DNA of 64,000 nt from Chiloscyllium plagiosum (GCF_004010195.1 NC_057750.1:18988895-19052894); one strand, 5' to 3'; counted from the stretch's first letter, positions 12,930 to 26,957 are shown. Program-made: numbers and translations. Notes: generated by a model not told the origin, from the letters alone.

Positions 12930-14140
12930 AGCAGCACAATGGCTCAGTGGTTCGCAATGCTACCTCATAATACTAGGGACCTTGGTTTGATTCTAGCCTC
13001 GGGCAACTGTCTATGTGGAGTTTGCATGTTCTCCCCATGTCTGTGTGGGTTTCCTCTCACATTCCAAAGATATGCAGGTTAAGTAGATTGGCTATGTAAA
13101 ATCACCCAGGGATATTGTTGTAAAGTTGGTATGGTAAAATGAGGGAAAGCATTGCATGGTCCCTTTAGACAATGGTGTTTTTTCAGTTATGAGAAGTTAA
13201 GATGGATGTCTGAACAGCAATTAAAGTCCAGGTTTACAGATTGAAACATTTTATATCAAATAGCCAAGCAGCATTTTTACCAAGACGACAAGTCTTTTCA
13301 AATTTATCCAAATAATTTAAACTAAGCATTTTGAGGTTGAAAGCCAATTAAATTTAAATCTGATGGTGTTGATAACCTTGAACCAATTTGGTTGTACAGA
13401 AATCAATATGTCTGCATGGGTAAAAAGACGGACAATTGAATATAGAGGGGAGAGCCATCTGAAGAGATAAGAAATCTCCACACTCTCAGAAAAAGGCACC
13501 ATTCTATTCGTAAAGGTATCATGGCACGTTTCGATAATATTCCAGGCAAAAATATCAGAGAAAATGCCTGAGAAGCATTTCAGCCAGAGGAAGACAATGA
13601 AAGAAGAAACAGAAAGTTGAGAAGGATCTACTCTGTGTGAACTTTGAGAGACTAAGTTTTAATTTATTGTTTTCTTATTACTTGAATTTAGATAAGTGGG
13701 ACCTATGTTATTGAAACAGCATACAGTCTTACTTTATTCAGGAATAGGTAGTTAGAGAGGAACTGCTCAGTCTGTTAGTTGTTCTGTTAGTTTGTTCAGT
13801 GTTGAAATTGTGTAAATAATTTGTTATGTGTTAATTATAGAGTGGGTAAAGGAGTCCATTTCATTTCATTACGCTTTTATCAGGGTTGGGGGTAAGAGGT
13901 AGGTTATACCACTTTTCACACTTATTTTTAATGTGATTACGAAACAAGATGAGTTCCTCTAGGTGTTTTGGGTTTAATTATCAGAGGGGGGTTGATCTCC
14001 ACTTTGTCACAAAGTGCAGGTGGGTTGACCATGGCAAATGCAGGATTATAGGATAGGGGGTTGGGTCTGGGTAGGATGTGCTTCGGAGGTGTAGTCTTTA
14101 TGGGCTAAATAGCCAATCCACAATGTAGGGATTATATTAT
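12930..14140 (+). mobile_element. V-SINE split by a solo LTR
   Basis: SINE 5' part 12930-13115 (gcacaatggctcagtggtt...ttctccccatgtctg) resumes at 14012 (gtgcagg...). Confidence 0.7.
13116..14011 (+). mobile_element. Solo LTR (Gypsy-type)
   Basis: TG...CA termini; interrupts a SINE; resembles 23308-24060. Confidence 0.6.
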
Positions 14141-14642
14141 TCTTCCCTGATGCTATGAAAACACTTCAGGTAGGGTGGCTGTTCCCTGACCATGATTCTC
14201 TTGCTAAGAGGAAACAGCTCTCTCTTCCAAACTAAACTCCTGATTCTTTGGAACTGAAGTCAAAAGCTAAACTAATGGCTTCAGGTTTGTATAAACACAA
14301 CAGTATAAACAAATAATTCGTTGACATAGCAGATGTCTTGTCACACAATTGACTGAAGCCTGCTCGGGTATATTGTATTCAGGTCACTATTCCCAAATCT
14401 GATCTTCTAAAAAATAACCTGAACAGAACTGAAACCACACATCTGCCTCTATTTTAAATCAAAATCCCAAATGGTGATAATATGTGTAGTATATAACTTT
14501 AATAACACTCCAGAGTGGGAATTGTGCTCATAATTTTCTGAATCAGCATGAAAGGTTTATGTATTAAATATCAAAACAGGGTTGACCAGAGTTAACAGAG
14601 CCCTCAATGTTCATTACTTGGTTTAAAGAGAATGCAACTTAC

Positions 14643-14755
14643 GTAGAGCTCAAACCCAACATCACAGCTCAGTTGTACAATGTCCTTATAATCATACTCT
14701 GATTTATTCGGCTGAATAACATTATGCTCCAAGATGTAAGTGGGACATTGCTTGG
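14643..14755 (-). CDS. c1s: C1s-like exon 7: CCP1 N-half (KQCPTYILEHNVIQPNKSEYDYKDIVQLSCDVGFELY)
   Basis: tgcAG acceptor, GTAAGT donor; 113 bp. Confidence 0.92.
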
Positions 14756-15249
14756 CTGCAGACAAAACACACAGGAAATCATATTAGATTTTAAACAAGC
14801 AATACTGTCACAGAGAAATATAGCACAGAAATATGACATTCAGCCTACCATGTCTTCGGTAACTGTTTGAAAGAGCAATCTAGTTATTTCCTGTTCCTAT
14901 AGGCTTGAAAATAATTTTCTATTTGAAGTATTTATCAGTTCCTCTCTTGAAAGTTCCTACTAAATCTTTCTCAATTGCCCTTTAAGGCAGCACATTCCAG
15001 ATTATAACAACTCACTTCATAAAAAGGAGGCATTCTCAACTAATGCTCTGGGTCGTTCATCAATTATCATGAATTAGTCTGTCATCACGGACCTACATTC
15101 TTTGGAACAAGCAGTTACTACTTTATCAAAGTGTGATATTACATCTTCTCTTTATATTTTAATGAATGTACAAGGTCACCAACAATACAGAAATTGTTTT
15201 CATAACTGGACTCTACTAACCACTGGGTCTCCTTCCTGCAGCAGCCATG

Positions 15250-16230
15250 GGACAGTGGCTATTACTCTCATTCAGAATTCATGGTACTGAGGGTTCAAGT
15301 CCCATTCTAGAGACTGGAGCTTGGAATACAAGCTCACATTCCCAGTGTGGAAATGCTGCATCATTGGAGGGTCAGGACAGAGGGAGTGTTGCACTGTCAG
15401 AAGATCATAAGCTCCTTATTAAAGGAATACTGCACTGTCAGAGAACCAATACTGCGGGAGTTGTGGAAAAAAATATTGCAGGATGTGGGCTTTGCTGGCT
15501 AGGCCAGCATTTATTGCCCATACCTAATTGGCCAGAGAGGTAATAAAGAGTCAACAACAGCACTGCAGATGATGTAGGACAGCAGTTTCCTTCCTTAAAG
15601 GACATGAACAAATCAGACGTTTTTTAGCCAACAATCAACAATTTCATAGTGATCATTAGAGGCTTAAATTGAATTCAAATTCCATCATCTACCTTTGCTG
15701 GATTTGAACCCAGGTCTCCAGAAAATCACTTGAATCTCTGAATCAAAAGTCTGGCACTACTCTGATTCAAACGTCAAAGCCATCACCTTCCACAGTACTA
15801 CACTAGTAGAAAGATCAGTGTTAAAGGAATGCTGCCTTTCCAAAGGATAGGGAATGCTGTACAGTCAGAGAATCACCACTGAAGGAATGACAGTCAGATG
15901 GTCAATATTGAGGAGTGCTGCACTGTCAGAGGGTCAATGCTGAGTGAATGACGCATTGTCAGAGAGTCAGTACTGTGAGAGTGCTGCATGTTTGGAGGAT
16001 CAGTACTGAAGGAAAGCTGCACTGTCAGAGGGACAGTATGGAGAGAGTGCTGCACTGTTGTAGAGTCAGTACTAATTGAGTTCTGTATCATTGAACAGTT
16101 AGTGTTGATGGAGTGCTGCACTGTAGGAGGGTCAGTACTGAGGCAGCACTGCACTGAGGGAACATGGTATTGTTGAAAGGTCAGTATTTTGGGTGCATTG
16201 AACTGTTAGATATACCATGTTTCAGAATCA
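15250..16230 (+). repeat. Deu-type SINE-derived region with about 33-bp tandem repeats (agtactgagggagtgctgcactgtcagagggtc-like)
   Basis: Tandem units at about 15800-16210; the same unit occurs at 39285-39540. Confidence 0.65.
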
Positions 16231-16777
16231 AATTTAAAATGAATCTCTACAGAGAAAGTAAAGAATTGTATAAAGGTACTGAAGAAAACTTTGAAAAATG
16301 ATTAGTTAGGATGCTACCTGAACTAAAGGATAAATAACGATTAGAAAAGTAAAAAGAAAAATAGGTTGGAATTTTCTTCTCAAAACGTTTGGGCATGGGG
16401 GCTGTGATCAGAATTTAACTTTAAAATTATAAGTTTCAATAGACTAGACTTGGGAAAGATGTTTCCATTATGGGGGGGGAAACTAAAATTAGGGGAAGTC
16501 AGTGTTAGACAGTTACGCATAAATATATTCAGAAACATCTGCATCCCGAGAGTGGTGAGAATGCGGAACTACCAATGGGAGTAAGTTAAGGTGATTATAA
16601 GAAATGGATTGAATGAACAAATTGGATACAGACTTGAAGGAGGAGGGGAGAGATTGACATGCTGATGGGGTGAGACGTAGAGAGGGTGGGAGAATGTGTG
16701 TAGTGATGCACAACCACAGGCTACATGGCCTCCTGTACAGTAAAGTTCATGTTACTTTGGCAAATTCTACATTTTAC

Positions 16778-16925
16778 CGGTTGATTTGTACATTATTTTC
16801 CACCCTTTCTTCTCTCCTTGATCATCGGTGCGGAAAGTTATCTCCACCTCATTTGACAGAAGTTCATGAATAACCGGAGCACTATCTCCACAGAAGGGGC
16901 CATATTCCTTGGCTCCGGATGTGAT
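16778..16925 (-). CDS. c1s: C1s-like exon 6: CUB2 C-half (ITSGAKEYGPFCG...FRTDDQGEKKGWKIMYKST)
   Basis: AG at 16927-16926, GT at 16777; 148 bp open; GPFCG and KKGWK motifs. Confidence 0.93.
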
Positions 16926-17957
16926 CTGGAATCAGGAAAATCTATATTAGCTGCAGAATCATGGAACAGTCTAGTACTGAAAGAGGCCAGACAGCCCATC
17001 AGGATTGAACTGGCTCTCTCAAGGAGCAATCCCATTAATTTCACAAAAACTGTCCTCTCACCTTGCAATGTTTTTTCTCAGTATCTATCCAATTCAGTTT
17101 TAAACACCACAATTCTGCTTCCACCACTTGTACAGAGAGTGCATTCCAAATCCCAGTTATTGCACAGAGAGAAGATTTTTCTTCCTTGGCCTTGTCCCTC
17201 AGGCTTCTTAATTTGCATTGAATTCCTGACCATTCATGTCATCCCTACTACCTGCTGCGCAAGTTCATCACTGCCATCCTGACAGCAGTCTACTTACCAC
17301 CAAGGTGGAAGTGAAGAAATTTATACCAGTACAAACCCACATGAGATGAAATTCCCAGAAGCCTTATTCGTTAAAACTGGTGACTTCAACTGTGCCAACC
17401 TCAAGAAGGTGCTATCAAAATATCATCAACATGTTTCCTGTCCCATGTAGGGGCTAGACATCCTACACAGCCTTCAAAGATGCCTGCTGCTCCATACCCT
17501 CTCCGCACCTCGAAAAGTCAGATCACAATGCTGTGTTCCTTCTCCCAGTTTATAAGCAGAGTGGAAACGTGAGGTCCCAGCACAAAAATAGGACAGTGCT
17601 GGTCTGAGACAGTGGAAGACCTTCTGTGGGACTGCTTGGAATCAGTGGACTGATCCATATTTGAGAATTCTGCAGCCAACCAGACAAGTATGCCACCACC
17701 ATCACAGACTTCATTAGCAAGTGCATAGAGCTGTGTGCCAAAGAACACAATCTGTATGTTCTCTAACCTGAAGACATGGATGAACCAGGAAACCCGTTGC
17801 CAACTGGAGATCAGGTGTGCGGTGTTCAAGTCAGACAACTCAGACCTTTACAGGAAATCCAGATAAAATCTCCACAAGGCCATTAGAGATGCCAAGAGGT
17901 AATACCGTACTACGTTAGAGACCCAAGCCTGCTGACTGTGGCAATGCCTACACGAAA

Positions 17958-20175
17958 TAGAGTCATAGAGATGTACAGCACGGAAACAGACCTCTCTGTC
18001 CAACTCGTCCATGCCGACCAGATATCCCAACCTAAGCTATTCCCACCTGCCAGCACTTGGCCCATATCCCGCTAAACCCTTTCTTTTCATATACCCATCC
18101 AGATGCCTTTTAAATGTTGCAATTGTACCAACTTCCAGCACTTCCTCTGGCAGCTCATTCCAGACACGTACTAACCTCTACATGAAAAAAATTGCCCCTT
18201 AGATCCCTTTTATATCTTTCCCCTCTCACCCTAAACCTATGTCCTCTAGTTTTGGACTCCATTACCCCAGGGAAAAGACTTTGTCTATTTATCCTATCCA
18301 TGTCCCTCATGATTTTATAAACCTCTATGAGGTCATCCCTCAGCCTCCGACGCTCCAGGGAAAACAGCCCCATCTATTCAGCCTCTCCCTATAGCTCAAA
18401 TCCTCCAACTCTGGCAACATCCTTGTTAATCTTTTCTGAACCCTTTCAAGTTTCATAACATCCTTCCGAAAGGAAGGAGACCAGAATTGCATTTAATATT
18501 CCAAAAGTGGCCTAACCAATGCCCTGTACAGCTGCAACATGACCTCCCAACTCCTGCATTCAATACACTGACCAATAAAGGAAATCATACCAAGTGCCTT
18601 CTTTACTATCCTATTTACCTGCAACTCTACTTTCCAAGAGCTATGAACCTGCACTCCAAGGTGTCATTGTTCAGCAACGTTCCCTAGGACCTTACCATTA
18701 AGTGTATAAGTTCTGCTAAGATTTGCTTTCCCAAAATACAGCACCTTGTAATTATCTTAGTTGCATCTGCCACTCCTCAGCCTATTGGCCCAACTGATCA
18801 AGATCCTGTTGTAATCCGAGGTAACCTTCTTCGCTGTCCACTACACCTCCAATTTTGGTGTCATCTGCAAATTTACTAACTATACCTCCTATGTTCATAT
18901 CCAAATCATTTATATAAATGACAAAAAGTAGTGGATCCAGCACTGATCCTTGTGGCTCCACTGGTCATAGGCCTCCCGTCTGAAAAACAACACTCTATCA
19001 CCACCGTCTGTCTTCTACCTTTGAGCCAGTTTTATATCCAAATGGCTAGTTCTCTTTGTGTTCCATGAGGTCTAACCTTGTTAACCAGTCTCCCATGGGG
19101 AACCTTGTCGAATGCCTTACTGAAGTCCATATAGATCACGTACACCACTCTACCCTCATCAATCCTCTATGTTACTTTTTCAAAAAACTCAATCAAGTTC
19201 ATGAGACATGAGACACGCACAAAGACCATCCCTAATCAGTCTTTGCTTTTCCACAGTCCTTGCCTGTAAATCTTGTCTGTCAGGATTCCCTCCAACAACT
19301 TGCCCTCCACCGACGTCAGGCTCACCGCTCTATAGTTCCCTAACGTGTCCTTACCGCTTTCTTAAATAACGGTGCCACATTAGCCAACCTCCAGTCTTCT
19401 GGCACCACACCTGTGACTATTGATGATACAAATATCTCAGCAAGAGGCCCAGCAATCACTTCTTTCGCTTCCCACAGAGTTCCAGGGTACACCTGATCAG
19501 GTCCTGGGGATTTATCTACCTTTCTGCATTTCCAGACATCGAGTACTTCCTCCTCTGTAATATGGACATTTTTCAAGATGTCACCATCTACTTCCCCACA
19601 TTCTACAGATTACATGTCCTTCTCCACAATAAACACTAATGCAAAATACTTGTTTAGTATTTCCCCGATTTCCTGCGGCTCCACACAAAGGCTGCCTTGC
19701 TGATCTTTGAGGGGCCGTATTCTCTCCCTAGTTACCCCTTTGTCCTTAATGTATTTACAAAATCCCTTTGGATTCTCCTTCACCCTATTTGCCAAAGCTA
19801 TCTTAAGTCCCCTTTTTTCCCTCCTGATTTCCCTCTTAAGTATACTCCTACTGCCTTTATATTCTTCTAAGGATTCACTCAATCTCTCCTTCTTTCTTTT
19901 TCTGAACCAAACCCTCAATTTCTCTAGTCATCCAGCATTCCCTATAACTACCAGCCTTTCCTTTCACCCTAACAGGAATATACTGTTTCTGAACTCGTTA
20001 TCTCATTTCTGAATGCTTCTCATTTTCCAGCTGTCCCTTTACTTACGAACATCTGCAACCAATCAGCTTTTGAAAGTTCTTGCCTAATACCGTCAAAATT
20101 AGTCTTCCTCCAGTTTAGAACTTCAACTGTTAGATATGGTCTATCCTTTTCCATCACTATTTTTAAACTAGTAGA
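17958..20175 (-). mobile_element. CR1 LINE (ORF2 part + 3' end)
   Basis: [12 protein letters not shown]...[34 protein letters not shown]; (ctctatga) tail. Confidence 0.92.
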
Positions 20176-20179
20176 ATTA

Positions 20180-20535
20180 TGGTCATAGAGTCATAGAGAT
20201 GTACAGCACGGAAACAGACCCGTTGGTTCAACTAGTCTGTGCCGACCAGATATCCTAACCCAATCTAGTCCCACCTGCCAGCACCCGGCCCATATCCCTC
20301 CAAACCCTTCCTATTCATATATTCAACCGGATGCCTTTTAAATGTTGCAATTGTACCAGCCTCCACCACTTCCTCTGGCAGCTCACTCCATACACATACT
20401 ACCCTCTGCGTGAAAAGGTTGCCCCTTAGGACTTTTTTATATTTTTCCCCTTTCACCCTAAACCTACACCCTCTAGTTCTGGACTCCCCCACCTCAGGGA
20501 AAAGACCTCTCTATTTACCCTATCCATGCCCCTCA
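20180..20535 (-). mobile_element. CR1 LINE 3' end
   Basis: ESRTRG..FRVKG...FTQRVVCVWSELPEEVVEAG. Confidence 0.88.
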
Positions 20536-20539
20536 CGAT

Positions 20540-20945
20540 TGGAGGGTCCCTCTGCACCAATCAACTCTACCACTCCATGGCCAAATACTTCAACTCTCAC
20601 TCACACTCTGCCAAAGACATGCAGGTCCTGGGTCTCCTCCATCACAATGCCCTGACCACCCGACACCAGGAGGAAGAACGCTTTATCTTCCGCCTTTGGA
20701 CCTTCAAACTGCACGGCATCAATGTGGATTTCACCAGTTACCTCATTTCCCCTCTTCCTACTTTATCCCAGTTCCAACCTTCCAACTTGGAAATGCCCTC
20801 ATGACCTGTCTCACCTGTCCATCTTCCTTCCTCTCTGTCCCCACCCATTTCTGTCCCAACCCTCTCGGCTCACAAGCCTCATTCCTGACAAAAAGCTTTT
20901 GCCCAAAATGTTGATTCTCCTGCTCCTCAGATGCTGCCTGATCTT
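20540..20945 (+). mobile_element. Penelope 3' fragment with terminal repeat
   Basis: FNSHSHSAKDMQVLGLL...EEERFIFRL..GINVDF; same family as 45960-46640. Confidence 0.8.
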
Positions 20946-22079
20946 CTTGTGGTGAATCCATGGAGAGTGACTGGCCCGGGTGGAGTCCCCATCCATGCAC
21001 TCAGATCCTTTGCAGACCAGCTGGCAGAAGTATTCACTGACATCTTTAACCTCTCCTTGCTACAATCTGAAGTCCCCACCTGCTTCAGGAAGACCACCAT
21101 CCTCCCAGTACCAAGGAAAATACATACAATGTGGCTCAATGACGATGACCTGGTGGCTCTGACTTCCATAATATGGAGTGCTTTGAGAGGTTAGTCATGG
21201 CTCATATCAACACTAGCCTCCAGGCCTGCCTTGGTCGCTTGGAATGTGCCGACTGGCACAACAGGTCCACATCAGGCATCATTTCTCGAGCCCTACACTT
21301 ATCCCTGGAACATGTGGATGATAAGGATACCTGTGACAGGCTTTTATTTATCAACTACTGCTCCACCTTAATCCCAATCAAACTGATCTCCAAACTCTGT
21401 GACCTAGGTCTCTGCATCATTTCTGCAACTGGATCTTCAACTTCCTGACCCATAGACCACAATCAGTGAAGGTAGACAATAGCACCTTTTCCACGATAAT
21501 CCTCACCATCAACGCTCCGCAGGGATGCAAATGCAGCCCCCTGCTGCACTCCCTGTTCACTCACAACAGTGTTGCCAAATTTTGTCTGAACTCCATCTAC
21601 ATGTTCACTGATGACAGCACTGTTGTAGGCCAGATATCAAAGAATAATGACTCAGAATACAGGAAGAAGATAGAATGCTTGGTGCAAAGATAACAATCTC
21701 TCCCTCAATGTTGGTGAAACTAAAGAGCTGATCATCTACTTCAGGAAGAAAGGAGGAGGACACACCCCTATCTACATCAAAGTAGTTGAGGTGGAGAAAT
21801 TTGAGAACATTAAGTTCTTAGGAGTGGCAGTAACTAACAATCTGTCCTGGACCTGCCATGTAGATGTGACAGTCAAGAAGGCACAATGCCTCTTCTTCCT
21901 CAGGAGGCTAAGGAAATTCAGCATGTCAATAAGGGCTCTCACCAACTTTCACAGATGCACCATAGAAATCTGGATGCATTCCGACTTGGTACGGTAACTG
22001 CTCTGTCCAGTATCATAAGAAATGACAGAAAGTTGTGAACACAGCGCAGACCATCATGCAAACCAATCTTCCATCTATG

Positions 22080-22460
22080 GAAACCAAAAGAACTGCAGAT
22101 GTTGTAAATCACAAACCAAAACAGAAGTTGGCGGAAACATTCATCAGGTCTGGCAGCAACTGTGAAGATAAATCAGAATTACTGTTTCAGGTCCAGTGAC
22201 CCTTCTTCAGAACTGAGGAAGGGTCATTGGACCTGAAATGTTTACTCTGATTTCTTTTCAGAAACTGCCAGACCTGCTGAGTTTTTCCAACATTTTCAGA
22301 TTTTTCTCCCATTTATGGAGGAGAAAGTGAGGGCTGCAGATGCCGGAGATCAGAGCTGAAAATGTGTTGCTGGAAAAGCACAGCAAGTCAGGCAGCATCC
22401 AAGGAACAGGAGAATTAACGTTTCGGGCATGAGCCCTCCCAACATTTTCAGCTCTCATTT
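22080..22460. mobile_element. Cluster of Penelope-type terminal inverted repeats with hammerhead-like cores
   Basis: caggtctggcagc...gacccttcttcag / ctgaggaagggtc...gaaatg...ctgccagacctg. Confidence 0.7.
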
Positions 22461-23307
22461 ATGGGCTCCATTTACACATCTCGTTGCCACAGAAAGTTAG
22501 TTAATAGTGTCAAAGATCCTTCCCATCCTGGTAATGCTTTCTTCTAAGCTCTTTCATCAGGCAGAAGCTTGAACACATGCACTAACAGGTTCAAGTACAA
22601 CTTCTTCCCTGCTGTTATTAGACCGCTGAATGAACTCTCTAACTGCAAATAATGTTGATCTTGGTTTGCAGACCTCCTGTGCCGTTGTAACCTGAATGCT
22701 TTGCTCTGTCTAAGTGCTCTGTGATCTGTATTACCTTGTTTGCTATGATATTCCTGTACTGCTTGCAAAATAAAGCTTTTCACTGTAATTAGATACAAAT
22801 GACTACAATAAATCAAATCAAATCAGATAAATCAAATTGAATCAAATCAATTCAAAGCCATTACAAACTATTTCTTCCTTTGTCTTCTATCTAAACCATT
22901 AATGAGTTTGAACATCTCCATCACATCCCTTCTTGGCTTCCTTTACTTTAAAGGGAGCCAACAACAGTTTCTTTAGATCTCTCCTCAGAACTGTCATTCC
23001 AAATCCTGGACCTGCTGAAAAAGTTAGAGTTTATATTAATTTGCCTTCAAACTCTGTCAGTTAGAGATAGAGTGATTGAAGGGCTGCTTCTTGCCATGTT
23101 CTGAGCATCAAGAGAGAGTCAGTCAAGTAGGTGGCTTCAAATGGGCTTAATGGTCTCCTCCTGTTCCTGTGTAGAAGGCTCAAGAGGGAATGACTGACCT
23201 TTCTCTTGCTCTATGATAGGTTCAAGGAGCTTAATGTCACCTCCCCCCCCCTTCCTTCCATATCTGTTCAACACATTTCAGATAGGGCTGAATGAGTCTC
23301 TTGTTTT

Positions 23308-24060
23308 TGTGATACAGGCAACAAAATTGGTGTTAAGAAGATATAGGGGTATTGTAACTTTAAGAGAGTTGAAAAGCTATCAAGGACTTAGAGAAGCACA
23401 GAGAGTTCGGAACATGGTAACAATGGAACATTTAGTCAAAACAGCTAAGAGATGTGTTGCCAGGGTATACAAACAAATTAAAATTTGACCAATCAGTTTA
23501 GATTATGCCACAAGTTACCAAAATTCAATCAAATTTGAAAAAAATAATGTTTTGGCAACACTAAACTAATGAAATGATCCAATGTTTTGGGTAGAAATAT
23601 CAAACATTTTGAAGTCACCCAGAGCAGCAAAAGAGCAGCTAGCACCAACAACTAGAGAGAGAATCTTGCAGAGAGATCTGCTCTCTTAAAGGTACCTTTA
23701 TCTGCCAAAGACCTGGGAAGCAGATTCCCTAAGAAGAAGAAAAGAAGACAAAGGAAAATCTACAGAGGACACTCAGCAAAGCTGACTGGTTTTGAAACGT
23801 GATTTTTTTTTTTTGTAAATTGTAATGCTGACTTTTTAATCTGACCAGTATTCTAGAGGGGTAGAGAAAGGAGTTGTAAATAATTGTTAGTTAATTATTC
23901 TCCGTTAGACTTTGAAAAGTAAAGTTGTTAATTTTTACTATAAATAGTGAATTTTGAGATAGTTCTTTGCCTCTCAAATTTTAACAGTTTACAGCACGGG
24001 GTGAATCTTTTCAGTGTTGCTGGTTTAAATTAGCAGAGGGGTTTATGCCGTGTTGTAACA
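23308..24060 (+). mobile_element. Solo LTR (Gypsy-type)
   Basis: tgtgat...tgtaaca termini, internal CCAAT motifs, similar to 13116-14011. Confidence 0.6.
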
Positions 24061-24407
24061 GCCTCCTCATTATTCCAATATATTGTGGATACATGTTATT
24101 TGTGATATGGAACCAAATACTATTAGAGGATATAGAATGCTCCTCTTGTACTGCCCTAAGGGTCTGTTTCATTAATAGTGTTAATGAATTAACTGTGAGT
24201 GAGTCTCATCAAGAAGATTCACTTGTATTAACAATGAAATTTAGTTTACTGTACAATAGCACATGTTACATGAGCAAGCTGGATATAATTACTCAGATGA
24301 TCAGGAGCTGGGGAAGGTGTATCTGACCCCACTAGGATCTTGAGTTAGAGTTTTAAGTGCATCATAATGCAGCCTCCAAATTTAATCTTTCAAAACCATT
24401 GCCAAAT

Positions 24408-24727
24408 ACAGATTACAGATTACATTACAGTGTGGAAACAGGCCCTTCGGCCCAACAAGTCCACACCGACACGCCGAAGCGAACCCACCCATACCCCTAC
24501 ATTTACCCCTTACCTAACACTACGGACAATTTAGTATGGCCAATTCACCTGACCCTGCACATCTTTGGACTGTGGGAGGAAACCGGAGCACCCGGAGGAA
24601 ACCCACGCAGACACGGGGAGAACGTGCAAACTCCACACAGTCAGTCGCCTGAGGCGGGAATTGAACCCGGGTCTCTGGCGCTGCGAGGCAACAGTGCTAA
24701 CCACTGTGCCACCGTGCCGCCGTGCCG
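24408..24727 (-). mobile_element. Full-length young tRNA-derived V-SINE (HE1-like)
   Basis: A/B box head ggcacggtggcacagtggttagc...ggttcaattcc, central V-domain, CR1-like tail gggcctgtttccacactgtaa. Confidence 0.9.
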
Positions 24728-24863
24728 CTCACAGTTCAAGACACTGAATGGGCTTCCTCCTTTTGCAGTGTTATAAGATTAAGAGACTGAACAGGCCCAG
24801 TACTGCCTTTAGGAACTTGCTGTAGGGATTAAGGGACTTGCCATTTATAAAAGATAGCCATAC

Positions 24864-25060
24864 CTTCAGGATATCAGACAAACAGCCAGTTGAAGGATCC
24901 CCTTCCACCTCGAAGTCCTCTGTGAATTGCAGGATCACCTCAAATCCTGGGTCGATCTGGATTCTGTAATGGCACTCGGAATTCTCTGCATAAGTTTCAG
25001 GATAATTTGGGCTGGTGATGATACCCTTGAATTTTGTGAACACTTCCCCACTGCAGTTCA
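24864..25060 (-). CDS. c1s: C1s-like exon 5: CUB2 N-half (VNCSGEVFTKFKGIITSPNYP...GCLSDILK)
   Basis: AG at 25062-25061, GTATGG donor at 24863; 197 bp. Confidence 0.95.
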
Positions 25061-25519
25061 CTATTGTTGGAAAAGCACAGGATGGATATCAGACTGACAG
25101 AATAACAACTGTAATCAGTGTTAATTCAAAAGTAGTGTTACATCAGATAGGGTTACATTTCTGTGACATATTCTCTTACTCTATCAGATTGGCATATATA
25201 CCCTAAACAGGGGTATATACCATAAATCTCTATTGGTATTCAGAAGATGTATTACAGGAGGTTATGTGGAATGTCAAAGGATATTGTCTTATATCTCTAT
25301 TAGCCATTAAGAGGGTATTGTCAAAAAACATTTGCCTCTGATGGAAAATCAAGGGTTATGTAATGTTGGAACATGTACCTCGCATTCTTTCTTCAATAGG
25401 ATAATAATGGTTAACTCTTGTGCACAAATCAGATATAGGCACCAGTTTCACCAATCAGGGACTCCTTCAAAAGAAGAATTGCTGAGGATAGACTCAAGAA
25501 GATATTGTCGCCCATCCTC

Positions 25520-26957
25520 CCCATGGGAGACTGATTAGCAAGGTTAGATCTCATGGAATACAGGGAGAACTAGCCATTTGGATACAGAACTGGCTCAAAT
25601 GTAGAAGACAGAGGTGGTGATGGAGAGTTGTTTTTCAGACTGGAGGCCTGTGACAGTGCCACAAGGATTGGTGCTGGGTCCTCTAATTTTTGTCATTTGC
25701 ATAAATGATTTGGATGTGAGGTACAGTTAGTAAGCTTGCAGATGATAGCGAAATTGGAGGTATAGTGGACAGCAAAGAAGGTTACCCCAGGTTACAACAG
25801 GATCTTGACAAGGTGGCCCAATGGGCTGAGACGTGGCAGATGGAGTTTAATTCAGGTGTGCATTTTTGGGAAAGCAAATCTTAGCAGGACTTATACACTT
25901 CATGGTAAGGTCCTAGGGAGTGTTGCTGAACAAAGACAACTTGGAGTGCAGGTTCATAGCTCCTTGAAAGTGGAGTTGCAGGTAGATAGGATAGTGAAGA
26001 AGGCATTTGGTATGCTTTCCTTTATTGGTCAGAGTATTGAGTACAGGAGTTGGGAGGTCATGTTGCAGCTGTACAGGACATTGGTTAGGCCACTTTTGGA
26101 ATATTGCATGCAATTCTGGTCTCCTTCCTATCGAAAAGATGTTGTGAAACTTGTTCAGAAAAGATTTACAAGGATGTTGCCAGGTTGGAGGATTTGAGCT
26201 ATAGGGAGAGGCTGAACAGGCTGGGGCTGTTTTCCCTGAAGCGTTGGTGGTTGAGGTTATAGAGGTTTATAAAATTATGAGGGGCATGGATAGGGTAAAT
26301 CGGCAGTCTTTTCCCTGGGGTCGGGGAGTCCAGAACTAGAGGGCATAGGTTTACAGTGAAAGGGTAGAGATATAAAAGGGACCTAAGGGGCATGCCATGG
26401 GCGGCATGGTGGCACAGTGGTTAGCACTGCTGCCTCACAGCGCCAGAGACCCGGGTTCAATTCCCGACTCAGGCGACTGACTGTGTGGAGTTTGCACGTT
26501 CTCCCCGTGTCTGCGTGGGTTTCCTCTGGGTGCTCCGGTTTCCTCCCACAGTCCAAAGATGTGCAGGTCAGGTGAATTGGCCATGATAAATTGCCTGTAG
26601 TGTTAGGGGAGGGGTAAATGTGGGGGTATGGGTGGGTTACGCTTTGGCGGGTCGGTGTGGACTTGTTGGGCCGAAGGGCCTGTTTCCACACTGTAATCTA
26701 ATCTAATCTAAAAACTTCTTCATGCAGACGGTGGTACGTGTATGGAATGAGCTGCCAGAGGAAGTGGTGGAGGCTGGTACAATTGCAACAGTTAAGAGGC
26801 ATTCGGATGGGTGTATGAATAGGAAGGGTTCGGAGGGTTATGGGCCAGGTGCTGGCAGGTGGGACTAGACTGGGTTGGGATGTCTAGTCAGCATGGACGG
26901 GTTGGACTGAAGGGTCTGTTTCCATGCTGTACCTCTCTGTATGACTCTATGACTCAG
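25520..26957 (+). mobile_element. CR1 LINE 3' part, interrupted by a SINE
   Basis: KAFGMLSFIGQSIEYRSWEVMLQLYRTLVRPLLEYCMQFWSP; tail ctctatgactc. Confidence 0.92.
26400..26711 (+). mobile_element. Full-length V-SINE (HE1-like) with (taatc) tail
   Basis: Near-identical reverse complement of 24408-24727. Confidence 0.9.

Larger units (their letters stand above)
17220..22855 (+). mobile_element. Rex1/Babar-clade LINE, fragmented (17220-17955, 20945-22080, 22460-22855) by CR1 and Penelope insertions
   Basis: ADQLAEVFTDIFNLSLLQSEVPTCFRKTTILPVPRK...VALTS..CFERLV; APQGC..SPLL; 3' tail aataaatcaaatcaaatc. Confidence 0.85.

Noticed and set aside
26400..26475. tRNA-like sequence with A/B boxes (also 24655-24727, 45751-45810)
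   Set aside because: SINE heads, not tRNA genes.
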